From IMG/VR virus record IMGVR_UViG_3300037634_007778, positions 1 to 29,285 of that record: DNA of 29,285 nt; one strand, given 5' to 3'. The translations under genes and the position numbers were made by a program. The stretch comes from a virus. Taxonomy: Duplodnaviria; Caudoviricetes. The first letter of the stretch is position 1, and every line of letters begins with the position of its first letter. Positions 9,409 to 18,799 of the stretch are shown here, piece after piece. The notes under the pieces are model-generated. The model saw nothing but the letters and a program-made list of their open reading frames with translations, did no database searches and had not been told where the DNA came from.

Positions 9409-10983
9409 CTACGCGGTTGGGGCGGGGCCCAGATGGCGATGCTCTGGGCGCTCGTCGGTATCTTGAGCCTCCACAAGAAACCGGCCGGCGCCCCAGCCGC
9501 GCTGTAATACAAAACCTTTAGCAGCAAGGGACCGTAATGGAACGCTGTATGCAAGATTCCACCCGCAATAAGTCATTGGATCCGTGCGCTGAAACCCGCG
9601 GGGGCCCTCGTAGGAAAGTTGCAGGTGTAAATGCGGGCCAAATTCTGGTACACAGTGGCCCGTTGTACCAACACGACCTAAAACTTGGCCACGCTTTACG
9701 GTCATCCCGGCTCGAAGGGGTTCGCCGCCCAGTCTAGCAACTGAATCTAAGTGACAAAAAAGCCACTGAGTTTTCGGGTTTGTGTCGCATTCAAGCTTGA
9801 TAGCAATACCACAGTTGGGGGACCACTTTCCATTATCTCCCTGGGAACTATCAAATCTCAAGGAGCTAGCCGGCGAGACACTCAGTATTACGCCGGCCTG
9901 TGGAGCAATAACAGCACCAAGAAATTTGCCCGGGTTCATCCCCCCACTTGCGCCGTCATCGCGAGGTGAGGTTCTTGAGGAGTGCTGGGGAGGACTGCTA
10001 TAATCAGGGTACCCAAAATCTAAAGCTCCGTGGTCGCCATAAGATCTCTGAGCATCATAAGGAGAAGTAATTTTTCCTGTATATGGTATTATAAATCCGC
10101 CGGCCATGGCCGCATCGGTGGCGCCTTCGCGGATGCTTTGTTTATCTCGGTAATCAAACGCCGCGTTGAGACTGGGTGGGTTAATCATGCCGCGCTGGGA
10201 GAGGCCTTTTGAGGCGGCGTCACTGTGGCCGTATCCTATATGGGGTGCAACAACGGAAGCATATGGTGGCCCGAAAAAATCGCCATATTTGGCACATTCA
10301 GTAGTATTTGAATAGCCGACAGCATCACAAAATGTTTTTTGTTCATCGCTCGTATAAGCAGTCACAGTACCAGAACTTCTTCCAGCTTGCTGAAATTCCG
10401 ACAAGGCGCGTTTGTCTCCGCGGAGGCCGGCCGAAAAGGCATCGCCAGGACTGCATATGATGGTATCGGGCCCCGTGTCCGGCTGGGTTTCTGCTATTCC
10501 CAGATGTAGCCCAGTTTGTAAATTAAAAATATTGTTTGAGGATTTTAATTCAACCCACACAATTTGGCCGGCGATGGGTTTGCGTTGCGATGCTGTATTT
10601 TTACCTAATTCATAGTTTGATACAAAAGTTGTATGCATAGCCATGATACTTATTGCTTCGCCAGGATGTTCCTCATAATAGGTCGTGCATGGATCTGGTA
10701 AAAAGCCGTGTGGTGAATCGTCTCCAAGAATTCTTGCTTTATATTGAAAAGTGGCATATATGGCGTTTTCTTGGACCGTGGCGGGGAGTCCTGGATCTGG
10801 ATTAGTAGCATTAACCATTTCTTCTGATAGATAAACAGCGTTTGTTAGGACGCGCGCTTTAAAGCGTTTCTTGCCGGCATAAGCATCAAAACGGAGCGTT
10901 TTACGAATAGAATTAGAGAATAATTCGAGGCCCGATAATGCATCAGTAAAAATTGACCAGTCTAAAAAACCTTTATTTGCCAC
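9409..10983 (-). CDS. M23-family peptidoglycan endopeptidase with a putative gp5-like N-terminal OB domain
   Basis: HxxxD (HGALD, 10018-10032), FCHLDS, VKRGQVLGRVGTTG and HxH (GPHLH, HLH at 9625-9633) form a complete M23 zinc site. N-terminal YKARI...P..GQIVWVE recalls gp5 OB folds (weaker call). GTG start. Confidence 0.85.
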   Translation of the reverse strand: MANKGFLDWSIFTDALSGLELFSNSIRKTLRFDAYAGKKRFKARVLTNAVYLSEEMVNATNPDPGLPATVQENAIYATFQYKARILGDDSPHGFLPDPCTTYYEEHPGEAISIMAMHTTFVSNYELGKNTASQRKPIAGQIVWVELKSSNNIFNLQTGLHLGIAETQPDTGPDTIICSPGDAFSAGLRGDKRALSEFQQAGRSSGTVTAYTSDEQKTFCDAVGYSNTTECAKYGDFFGPPYASVVAPHIGYGHSDAASKGLSQRGMINPPSLNAAFDYRDKQSIREGATDAAMAGGFIIPYTGKITSPYDAQRSYGDHGALDFGYPDYSSPPQHSSRTSPRDDGASGGMNPGKFLGAVIAPQAGVILSVSPASSLRFDSSQGDNGKWSPNCGIAIKLECDTNPKTQWLFCHLDSVARLGGEPLRAGMTVKRGQVLGRVGTTGHCVPEFGPHLHLQLSYEGPRGFQRTDPMTYCGWNLAYSVPLRSLAAKGFVLQRGWGAGRFLVEAQDTDERPEHRHLGPAPTA

Positions 10984-11281
10984 TGGTTGCGGATCCTTGG
11001 GTCTGTATTATATCAAATAGGCTATCTTTGTCTTCATCTGTCAGTCCATCACTTTGTGCTTGTCCTTTCTGCCTTAAGCCGATTAATTTTACTAATTGTT
11101 CGTTTGATCTTTGAAGAGTCTCGATATGTTTGGCAGCTACAGGGCTAAGATATTTATTTTGCTCTGCATCTTTTGCGATTTGATTGGCGATCTCATTTAA
11201 AAATTCTCGGGCGACTTTTCTGTCGCTACGAATATTTGATAGTGCCTCATCAATAAGTGTTTCTAGATCTTTCTTACTCAT
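10973..11281 (-). CDS. Small helical hypothetical protein (102 aa)
   Basis: Start moved to ATG 11281 (MSKKDL): ATGA overlap with the sigma gene stop and a GGAG SD. All-helical, coiled-coil-like composition. Confidence 0.7.
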   Translation of the reverse strand: MSKKDLETLIDEALSNIRSDRKVAREFLNEIANQIAKDAEQNKYLSPVAAKHIETLQRSNEQLVKLIGLRQKGQAQSDGLTDEDKDSLFDIIQTQGSATSGK

Positions 11282-11979
11282 AATTCTCCACTTTCCCAAT
11301 CGCTCTTAAAACTATAATATCTCTTTCTAAATTTTTTAAGAGAATTAACGATCTGCTTGGTGTTCAATCCTGTAATCTCTCTCAAGTATAGATAAATAGC
11401 TTTCTTGTTAAAAATATCGATATCCTCTTTTGATTCAAAAAGGATATTGATCGCTTGATATACTTTGAGATCATTCTCTTTCATCTGTGATGCATCCCAC
11501 GATTGTAGTTCGTCATAAAATAGCTTCCAAAATTCTTCTTCTTCGCGGTAGGTGATATAAGATTCGCTAGTAGATAAAAATTCTTCTTCGTAGGCTTTCG
11601 ATATATTATCATAATCCACTTCACGCTTATTGCGTTTCTGCTGACGCTTAACTTTATGGATAAACCAGTTTTTTGTAATAACTGAAAAATACGAAAAGGC
11701 TTTGGAGCCTTTATTTGGATCGTATTTGTCAAGAATTGTCATTAACCAAATCTTGCACTCTTCCCGTAGTGAGTCACAATTAGGCAAATTAGTAAACTTA
11801 TATGTAAACACGATTTTATCCACCATCTCATTAAAAGCCGGTTGGATATATTCTATGTATAATTGTGTACGTTCGCGCTGACAACTTGTGCGCGCATATC
11901 TTATAATGGCTTCTTCGTGATCAGATGTGAAATAATGGTTTTTACGTCGGGTTCTCTTCTTCTTCGGAGGTATCGTCAT
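11278..11979 (-). CDS. Phage RNA polymerase sigma factor, T4 gp55-like (sigma70 region 2)
   Basis: Basic N-terminus with NHYF, then LDKYDPNKGSKAFSYFSVITKNWFI, matching the region 2 pattern of phage late sigma factors; C-terminal HTH-like LYLREITGLNTKQIVNSL. Confidence 0.75.
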   Translation of the reverse strand: MTIPPKKKRTRRKNHYFTSDHEEAIIRYARTSCQRERTQLYIEYIQPAFNEMVDKIVFTYKFTNLPNCDSLREECKIWLMTILDKYDPNKGSKAFSYFSVITKNWFIHKVKRQQKRNKREVDYDNISKAYEEEFLSTSESYITYREEEEFWKLFYDELQSWDASQMKENDLKVYQAINILFESKEDIDIFNKKAIYLYLREITGLNTKQIVNSLKKFRKRYYSFKSDWESGEL

Positions 11980-12301
11980 CTATTTCTTCTTCTTCTTCTG
12001 TTTCATTTTTTTGGGGTTCCTCTGTTAGTGATACGATGTAGTCAAATGTTTCCATCTGCTCGTTAAATGAGATTGCATGTTCCAAAAGACCGTGGAGCGT
12101 CTCGTCGCCATAAAACGAATCCAATTCGTAAACAGCTTTAAGGTGTCCAGCGAATGAGTTTACCATTCGCTGAAGATCTCCCAGTTCTTCCGAGACGGAT
12201 ACTATCCTAACAATTGCCGCGCGGGCATACAATAATAATCCTACATTTAACACTATCGATAGTGCTAATATTGCCGACAATATAATTTCAAGACGGCTCA
12301 T
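11942..12301 (-). CDS. Hypothetical protein with N-terminal transmembrane helix and acidic tail
   Basis: IILSAILALSIVLNVGLLLYA hydrophobic stretch, then helical region and E/D-rich C-terminus; overlaps both neighbours. Confidence 0.75.
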   Translation of the reverse strand: MSRLEIILSAILALSIVLNVGLLLYARAAIVRIVSVSEELGDLQRMVNSFAGHLKAVYELDSFYGDETLHGLLEHAISFNEQMETFDYIVSLTEEPQKNETEEEEEIDDDTSEEEENPT

Positions 12302-12557
12302 AATTTTCTTCCTTTGCTTCTTTTTTTTGTTGCATTAAGATCTCACGATTAGATTCAATATGTTCTTTGGTAATCTCGCCGACTTCTTGTTCTTGGTCAA
12401 TTGGTTCCTTTTGAACAATCGTCGGACGCGTTAATATTTTTTTAAGCGTGTTCTCTATTTTACACATAATACATTTTTCTTTGAATACATCATTCATTCC
12501 ATGAAATACTAATACAATGTGCTCACAATTACTACACTGATATTTATAGCGTGGCAT
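12288..12557 (-). CDS. FmdB-family zinc-ribbon protein
   Basis: MPRYKYQCSNC...CIMC matches the MPxYxYxCxxC...CxxC pattern. Confidence 0.8.
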   Translation of the reverse strand: MPRYKYQCSNCEHIVLVFHGMNDVFKEKCIMCKIENTLKKILTRPTIVQKEPIDQEQEVGEITKEHIESNREILMQQKKEAKEENYEPS

Positions 12558-12562
12558 TTGCG

Positions 12563-12751
12563 TTATTCAGTTGTTTCAACTGCTGTCTCGGCGGTGGGCG
12601 CCCTTACAGTTGGTGGATTCTTAACTATTAGTCCATCATCAGATGTAATAAGTTCAAATCCCTGTAGAACCGGCATGATATCCGTTTGGTTCATCAAAGA
12701 TTCTTGGAGGGCCATCATAATGGCACCGAGTGCTTGATTCGATAATTGCAT
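12563..12751 (-). CDS. Hypothetical protein (62 aa)
   Basis: Strong AAGGAG SD; co-oriented; ends 5 nt before the next gene. Confidence 0.75.
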   Translation of the reverse strand: MQLSNQALGAIMMALQESLMNQTDIMPVLQGFELITSDDGLIVKNPPTVRAPTAETAVETTE

Positions 12752-12825
12752 TTTAATCTCCTTTTAGCTTTATCTTTTCGCGGTCCTTTCGACCAAATGT
12801 TTGTTAGTGCGATATGTCATGTTCT

Positions 12826-13197
12826 CTAATCCCCTTTTAGGACTCGATGGCTATCGCTATCAAAATGTTGTGTTGAAAATTCAAACAATTCTGAATCTTC
12901 AAGGGCCACCATCTGGTGGCGTAATCCACGATATACGTGGAAGTTTTCGCCGGCGTTCAAAACAAGCTGTTTCGCTTGTGTAATATCATCGCTGTCTGAA
13001 TAATATATCATCATTTTGCCGGATTGCAAGTAAAATACTTCATCTTTTAATTTGTGAAAGTGCCATGAACACCGTTTTCCTTGCTGAAAAAACAAAAGCT
13101 TGCCACAGTATTCTTCGCAATTTACAACCCATCGTTCCCAACCCCATCCCTTGTCGACATGGTTCATCGGCAAATTTATATTATTATCTAATGGCAT
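12826..13197 (-). CDS. Cupin, mannose-6-phosphate isomerase type II / sugar isomerase-like
   Basis: KGWG-x-[14 protein letters not shown] and GLRHQM cupin metal-binding motifs; overlaps the gmd stop. Confidence 0.8.
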   Translation of the reverse strand: MPLDNNINLPMNHVDKGWGWERWVVNCEEYCGKLLFFQQGKRCSWHFHKLKDEVFYLQSGKMMIYYSDSDDITQAKQLVLNAGENFHVYRGLRHQMVALEDSELFEFSTQHFDSDSHRVLKGD

Positions 13198-14176
13198 CTT
13201 GAATCTCTTTTAGATCGGACTCATACATCATTTCAGCTAGACCCTCAAAGGTTACTTCTGGTTCCCATCCGAGAGCCTTTTTGGCCTTGGACGCGTCCCC
13301 TAACAAATAAGGAACTTCATTGGGCCTAAACAGCCGTGAGTCTATCTCTACATGTTTTTCAACACTTAGGCCAGCGCGCTCGAATACACATTCTAAAAAC
13401 TCTCTTACAGAATGAGTCTCGCCAGTGGCAATGACATAATCATCAGCTTCATCTTGCTGCATCATCATCCACATTAGTCTTACATAGTCACCGGCAAACC
13501 CCCAGTCTCTTTTCGCGTCAAGGTTGCCGAGTGAAAGCTTATCTTGAAGCCCTAATTTAATTCGAGCGGCAGCGAGTGTAATCTTGCGTGTTACGAAGGT
13601 TTCGCCGCGGCGAGGGCTCTCATGATTAAACAGAATGCCGCTCGTTGCAAACATTCCATATCCATCACGATAATTTCTTATCATGTGGTGAGCGTATACT
13701 TTTGCACACGCATAAGGCGATGCAGGTTCTAGAGCGGAATCTTCATTATAAGGTGGGTTAGGATTAACCCCGAACATTTCCGATGAAGAAGCCTGATAAA
13801 ATTTAGCGTTTGGACACAAGTTTCTGGTTGCTTCCAGAAGCCGGAGGGTACCCAGCGCTACGATATTAGTAGTTTCCTCGGGAGTTTCGAAAGATACGCG
13901 AACGTGCGATTGGGCCCCTAAATTATAAATCTCATCTGGTTGGTAATTCAACAATAATCTGTGAATGTTTCCTGAATCAATTAAGTTTCCATATTCCAGT
14001 GTAAAGTTTTGCAATCTTTCGGGATCATCAAAAATGTGATCGATGCGATCTGTAGAAATTAGTGAAGTTCGGCGTTTGACGCCCACTACATGGTAGCCCT
14101 TATCAAGCAATAAGTCTGCTAAATATGAGCCGTCTTGACCTGTGACTCCTGTTACTAACGCTGTCTTTTGTTTCAT
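13184..14176 (-). CDS. gmd: GDP-mannose 4,6-dehydratase
   Basis: [67 protein letters not shown]. Start moved to 14176 (ATGA overlap with fcl stop). Confidence 0.97.
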   Translation of the reverse strand: MKQKTALVTGVTGQDGSYLADLLLDKGYHVVGVKRRTSLISTDRIDHIFDDPERLQNFTLEYGNLIDSGNIHRLLLNYQPDEIYNLGAQSHVRVSFETPEETTNIVALGTLRLLEATRNLCPNAKFYQASSSEMFGVNPNPPYNEDSALEPASPYACAKVYAHHMIRNYRDGYGMFATSGILFNHESPRRGETFVTRKITLAAARIKLGLQDKLSLGNLDAKRDWGFAGDYVRLMWMMMQQDEADDYVIATGETHSVREFLECVFERAGLSVEKHVEIDSRLFRPNEVPYLLGDASKAKKALGWEPEVTFEGLAEMMYESDLKEIQDAIR

Positions 14177-15078
14177 GTGGTTTCCTTGTTTTCTATATAC
14201 CAATCATAAGTTTTCGTAATACCATCTTTAAATTTGGTAAATTTAAAATCTCCAATTAATTCTTTTAATTTATGATTGCTGCCGTCTTTTCTAAACTGTC
14301 CATCTAGTTTGTTATTATACACGATATTAATGTCTTTGTCTACATGAGATAATAAAGTTCGTGCCATTTCGTCGATAGTTAAATTTTCATCAGGCGCAAC
14401 AATAAGAGGTTCAGCACTATAATGCTTCTCTAATAAGAGTGGAATTATCTGGCACAAATCATCTACATATAATTGTTGTCGCATAGGCCGGCCGGTGCCC
14501 CACAACTCTAGCACACCTCCCTCGTTTAAAGTGGCCATTTTTGACACCAGGGCTGCAATAAAATGGGACCGGTCACTGTTAAAGTGATCGCCTGGGCCAT
14601 AAATATTAGAAGGGCTGAAGGTTGAGTAATTTACTCCGTATTGTTTTCTATAAGATAAGATAAGAGTGTGAAGCATTCGTTTTGTAAATCCATAAGCAAA
14701 ATTAGTTTCTGCTGGGGGGCCTTCTAGTAAATCTTTTTCTTTAAAGGGGTATTCTGCGACAACATCTGGGAAGGCGCACGTACTCAAAGAGGCGAGAAGT
14801 CGGTCGACTCCGAAATCATAGGCGGCCTTTATAACATTTAAATTTATAAGCATGTTCTGTTCGAAAAAATCAACTTGATTTTCGCTATTGTCTTTGATCC
14901 CTCCTACTCGCGCTGCTAAATGAATTACTGCGTTTGGTCGAATTTCTTCAAACATCTGCATAGTTTCCACTGAGTCTGTCAAGCAATAATCTGCGGTGGA
15001 TACGTATATCCATTCCGGGTGATAAATTTTTAATCTTTTCCCTAAAAAGCCGCTGCCACCAGTAACTAAAGTTTTCAT
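14173..15078 (-). CDS. fcl: GDP-4-keto-6-deoxy-mannose 3,5-epimerase/4-reductase (GDP-L-fucose synthase-like)
   Basis: [40 protein letters not shown]...[11 protein letters not shown]; adjacent to gmd. Confidence 0.9.
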   Translation of the reverse strand: MKTLVTGGSGFLGKRLKIYHPEWIYVSTADYCLTDSVETMQMFEEIRPNAVIHLAARVGGIKDNSENQVDFFEQNMLINLNVIKAAYDFGVDRLLASLSTCAFPDVVAEYPFKEKDLLEGPPAETNFAYGFTKRMLHTLILSYRKQYGVNYSTFSPSNIYGPGDHFNSDRSHFIAALVSKMATLNEGGVLELWGTGRPMRQQLYVDDLCQIIPLLLEKHYSAEPLIVAPDENLTIDEMARTLLSHVDKDINIVYNNKLDGQFRKDGSNHKLKELIGDFKFTKFKDGITKTYDWYIENKETT

Positions 15079-16739
15079 TTTTTAAGATATTCATCAGCAG
15101 CCGGGTGGTGATCGGTGTGCCATCGATGAAGCGTTGAAACATCTTCATCGCGTTGAGCCGAGTATTGGTTTACAAAATCTTCTCGTTGTTCTTCAGGTAA
15201 ATTAGCGAGAATTTGTTGAAGAATCTGTTTTTCTACTTCAAAAGAAATTTTAGGCATTAAATCTTGTGGCTTTCCAGAGAAGAAACAACGAAGCAACCGG
15301 TGAGACATCTCTGGCTTTTGAACTACTTGGGCACTAAGCTGTATTATAAAGGGAAAATTGAATCTCCAGCCATATTTTATTATTGAAGGTAAAAGCTTTC
15401 TTTGTTGCAAAAAACTTTTCGGCTTAAATATTCTAACTAAAGAGATGGCATCTCTCACTTGTTCCTTCCATTCTAAAAGTTGTTCATAAGAATGCTCACA
15501 TTCATAAAATGGAACTTCTCCATCAGTAAGCCAGTAACCATCATCCAATGGCCCGTATCCTTCGACTTGTAGCTCCCGTCGTTTGGCTATATTATAAAGT
15601 TCGGCGCCGGGATAAACTCCACAAACACCGATATCATCATAAAATAAATAATTATTATTTTGCATCTCTTGAACAAAATCAATTGTTTCGTCTATAGTTT
15701 CTTGCGTTTCGCCAGGAAGACCGACAATTAAGAATGCCGTAGTCTTAATGTTGCTTTCAGCAAATAACGAAGTAGCATATCGAATATGGTCCTTCGTGAT
15801 TCCCTTAAACATGCCCTTCATCACTTCATCGGCAGCGGATTCTAAGCCGAATAAAACATGATTAAAGCCCGCCTGTTCCATTCGCTGAACCAATTCGCGT
15901 GATACTGGCCGGAAGCGCGCACTACACGTAAAGGTAGTTTTAATTCCTCGTTTAATAATTTCATCACATAAGGCCATTGTGCGCTTCTTATTAATCATGA
16001 ACGCATCATCATGCAACCAAATAATCTGAATAGTGGGACATATAGCTAGAATTTCTTCGATTTCATCACAAATATTTTCTGCCGTTCTAAAGCGGACACT
16101 TCGCAGTGATACGTTATCCAATACACAAAAATTACACTTAAATGGACATCCACGACTTGTTAATAAATTCGCTACCTGTTTACCTTCAAATAAAAATATA
16201 TCATGCTTGGGGAACGGCAAAATGTCTAAATCGTTTATCAGGGCGCGCTCTTCAGTCTTAACTACTTCTTCTCCATTAAAGTATGCAATCCCCTCTATCT
16301 CACTAACAGGCTTCTTGGCTTCTAGCTGATCTAACAGCGCGTGAAATGTTGTTTCACCTTCTCCAATAACAACTATGGTTTCGGGATACTTTTTTGCAAG
16401 TTGCTCCCACATAATCGTAGGATGGATGCCTCCAAGGACAAGCTTAATATCGGGGTGGTTTTCAATAATGTACTCAACCACCTTAAAAGAACTGATACGA
16501 CTGTGAGTCATTATTGAAATTCCAATAACATCTGGATTAAAAGTCTCGATTTCTTTCTTAATTTTAGTGGTACAAATTTCAATATTGACATTATTTAAAA
16601 AATGTGTTTCAACTTTATGCTCTGAATATTTTTCTAAATACGTATGAAGATATGCTAACCCAAGCGGATAGTGGCTATCGGGCGCATCCTCCAATCTGTG
16701 GGAATCGTCGATGCTGGTGCATGTTAATAATACTTTCAT
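15075..16739 (-). CDS. B12-binding domain radical SAM enzyme (class B methyltransferase-like)
   Basis: YPLGLAYL and LGGIHPT in the N-terminal cobalamin-binding domain; SRGCPFKCNFC CxxxCxxC; FGLES and IVGLPGET. Confidence 0.9.
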   Translation of the reverse strand: MKVLLTCTSIDDSHRLEDAPDSHYPLGLAYLHTYLEKYSEHKVETHFLNNVNIEICTTKIKKEIETFNPDVIGISIMTHSRISSFKVVEYIIENHPDIKLVLGGIHPTIMWEQLAKKYPETIVVIGEGETTFHALLDQLEAKKPVSEIEGIAYFNGEEVVKTEERALINDLDILPFPKHDIFLFEGKQVANLLTSRGCPFKCNFCVLDNVSLRSVRFRTAENICDEIEEILAICPTIQIIWLHDDAFMINKKRTMALCDEIIKRGIKTTFTCSARFRPVSRELVQRMEQAGFNHVLFGLESAADEVMKGMFKGITKDHIRYATSLFAESNIKTTAFLIVGLPGETQETIDETIDFVQEMQNNNYLFYDDIGVCGVYPGAELYNIAKRRELQVEGYGPLDDGYWLTDGEVPFYECEHSYEQLLEWKEQVRDAISLVRIFKPKSFLQQRKLLPSIIKYGWRFNFPFIIQLSAQVVQKPEMSHRLLRCFFSGKPQDLMPKISFEVEKQILQQILANLPEEQREDFVNQYSAQRDEDVSTLHRWHTDHHPAADEYLKK

Positions 16740-16754
16740 TTTTATTTTGTTCCT

Positions 16755-17705
16755 TTACCAAGTAAATTTATTTTTATAATAATTTACGATTTCTTGTATC
16801 TCTTCATCAAAATTCTTTTGTGGTTGCCAGCCAAGATTTTTTAATTTTCTATCATTTAGGGCATATCGAACATCTTGACCTTCTCTAAACGCATTAAACT
16901 CTACATATTGTTTCCAATTTTTATCGGTGCCAAAATATGCTTTAATTATTTTTCTTACAGTTTCAGCGTTTGTTTGTTCAAAGCTGCCGGCAACATTATA
17001 AATTTCATTAATATTGCCAGAATCAATAATTGCTAATACGGCTGCAGCCGTATCATCTGCATGAAGCCAATTGCGGGTGGGGCGCCCCTGATCGTGAAGT
17101 CTGATTTTTTTGCCTCTATTTAAATTTTTAACTGATAGTGGTATGAGTTTTTCGGGATATTGGCCTGGGCCGTAATTATTCGTTGGTCGTAAAATAATAT
17201 ATTTAATATCATAGGTTCTAGCCCATGCATTGATTAACATATCTCCCGCGGCTTTTGCAGCAGAATAGGGATTGCTTGGTTTTAAAATATCTGTTTCGAC
17301 ATGGGCACCATGAGAAATATCGCCATAAACTTCATCAGTGCTAATGTGAAATAAAATAGGCCTTTCGTTACAATTTGTTGGCTTATATCTTATTAAATCT
17401 AAAAGATTTTTAACACCTAGAACATTGCTCTCAATAAACTCATCGCTATTAACAATACTGTTTCCAACATGGGACTCTGCGGCAAAATTTATAATATAGT
17501 CACAGTCGTATAATCGTTTAAGATCTTTAATATCTGTTCTTTCGAATGTAAAATTAGAATAAGTTTGAAATTCTTCTAACAACTCTATATTGGCAGCATA
17601 GGTAATCTTATCTATGCCGCGCACCATGTACCCGCGCTGCAGGGCGCGGCGGGTCGCATGCGATCCCATAAACCCCAAACAACCAGTAATATAAACTATC
17701 TTCAT
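16755..17705 (-). CDS. rfbB: dTDP-glucose 4,6-dehydratase
   Basis: DKITYAA, NFAAESHV, HISTDEVYG, PSNPYSAAKA, NNYGPGQYPEKLIP, RNWLH. Confidence 0.9.
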   Translation of the reverse strand: MKIVYITGCLGFMGSHATRRALQRGYMVRGIDKITYAANIELLEEFQTYSNFTFERTDIKDLKRLYDCDYIINFAAESHVGNSIVNSDEFIESNVLGVKNLLDLIRYKPTNCNERPILFHISTDEVYGDISHGAHVETDILKPSNPYSAAKAAGDMLINAWARTYDIKYIILRPTNNYGPGQYPEKLIPLSVKNLNRGKKIRLHDQGRPTRNWLHADDTAAAVLAIIDSGNINEIYNVAGSFEQTNAETVRKIIKAYFGTDKNWKQYVEFNAFREGQDVRYALNDRKLKNLGWQPQKNFDEEIQEIVNYYKNKFTW

Positions 17706-18799
17706 TCTTCAAGGCCTTGTTCGATAAAAAAATCGCCGCAATCACATTGATTTGTAAAAAAGTCTTTTGTTTCTTGGTTAAACCAGTAGCTTAACCAACG
17801 GTCCAACAATGATTCAAATGTTCTATCATCAAGACCTCCAAATCCATCGGAGTAATGCCACACTTTAATCTGCTCATGGTCTTTAGTATAAAGCTTGTCA
17901 TCTTTTACGTAAAATTCTTTTACAGAATTCCAAGGCTTATGGTGCATGATACCGTAGCCGTCCGCGGCGGCGGAAGCGCGTCCAGGAATAACCTCTCCTT
18001 TTGAGCGATTATTATAAACTACGCTATCTTCACCATAAGGATCATCAACACACTTAATGGTAAAATCAAACATGGGGGTATCTCCCCGGGGAGCGGGGGA
18101 TAAGCACAAGTTAGCCACTATATTAAGGCCGGCCTGATCTGCATAATAATCTACGAGCTTTAGTTCTGATACGGGCATATTACCAAAGGAATGGAGCCAT
18201 TTCCGACACTCATCAGGATGGAAGGTGGGTCCCACAAACGTGGGCTTTTTAAGAATTTCTGCCAACGAATTAGCACAACTCGATGCCATTTTATAATCAG
18301 ACAGTGCTTTGCGGTGCGCTAGCGCGATTTCTATAACTGTCTTAAGAGCGTCAAGATTATTAAAGCATACAACATCTGAATTATAGTTGTAGTAATCTTT
18401 TTTGCCATTGACTAAACGATGTCTAGTTTGGACTATAGCACAGCTGTTGTTCTCTTTATAATAAAGAGGAAAAAGGTGATCTACATTAAGACAGCGAGTG
18501 GTCAGAATGTCTTCGTCATTATCAAGAAATTCACTTAAGCGCGCACATGTTATTGTATCTCCCCCCAAGATAATCATTTTATCATATGCGTGTCTTACCA
18601 TTAGTTCATAAGCTAACATATATTTAAAAATACCTCCACATTCCGGTGCATTGAATGCGCATGCAAATTTAGACCCTTTTACCTCATCAATATGATGCAA
18701 AGGAATATCGGGATGAAATTTTTTAAAACTTTGCCGTGCGCACAAGCCAATCTTCTCAAACCTCTCTCCATAATGATAGATCATACAGCCGACATTCAT
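17702..18799 (-). CDS. Putative GT-A fold (GT8-like) glycosyltransferase
   Basis: Motif order matches GT8: IILGGD(T) at the DxD position, NSDVV (cf. NSGV), DQAGLN (cf. DQDxLN), YN, IKVWHY (cf. IxHY). Confidence 0.5.
   Translation of the reverse strand: MNVGCMIYHYGERFEKIGLCARQSFKKFHPDIPLHHIDEVKGSKFACAFNAPECGGIFKYMLAYELMVRHAYDKMIILGGDTITCARLSEFLDNDEDILTTRCLNVDHLFPLYYKENNSCAIVQTRHRLVNGKKDYYNYNSDVVCFNNLDALKTVIEIALAHRKALSDYKMASSCANSLAEILKKPTFVGPTFHPDECRKWLHSFGNMPVSELKLVDYYADQAGLNIVANLCLSPAPRGDTPMFDFTIKCVDDPYGEDSVVYNNRSKGEVIPGRASAAADGYGIMHHKPWNSVKEFYVKDDKLYTKDHEQIKVWHYSDGFGGLDDRTFESLLDRWLSYWFNQETKDFFTNQCDCGDFFIEQGLEE

Noticed and set aside
11938-11979. NLS-like PPKKKRTRRK at the sigma N-terminus, hinting at a eukaryotic virus
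   Set aside because: SD sequences, overlapping operon structure and a peptidoglycan hydrolase indicate a bacterial host. The segment lies in a gene overlap, and basic N-termini are common in such proteins.
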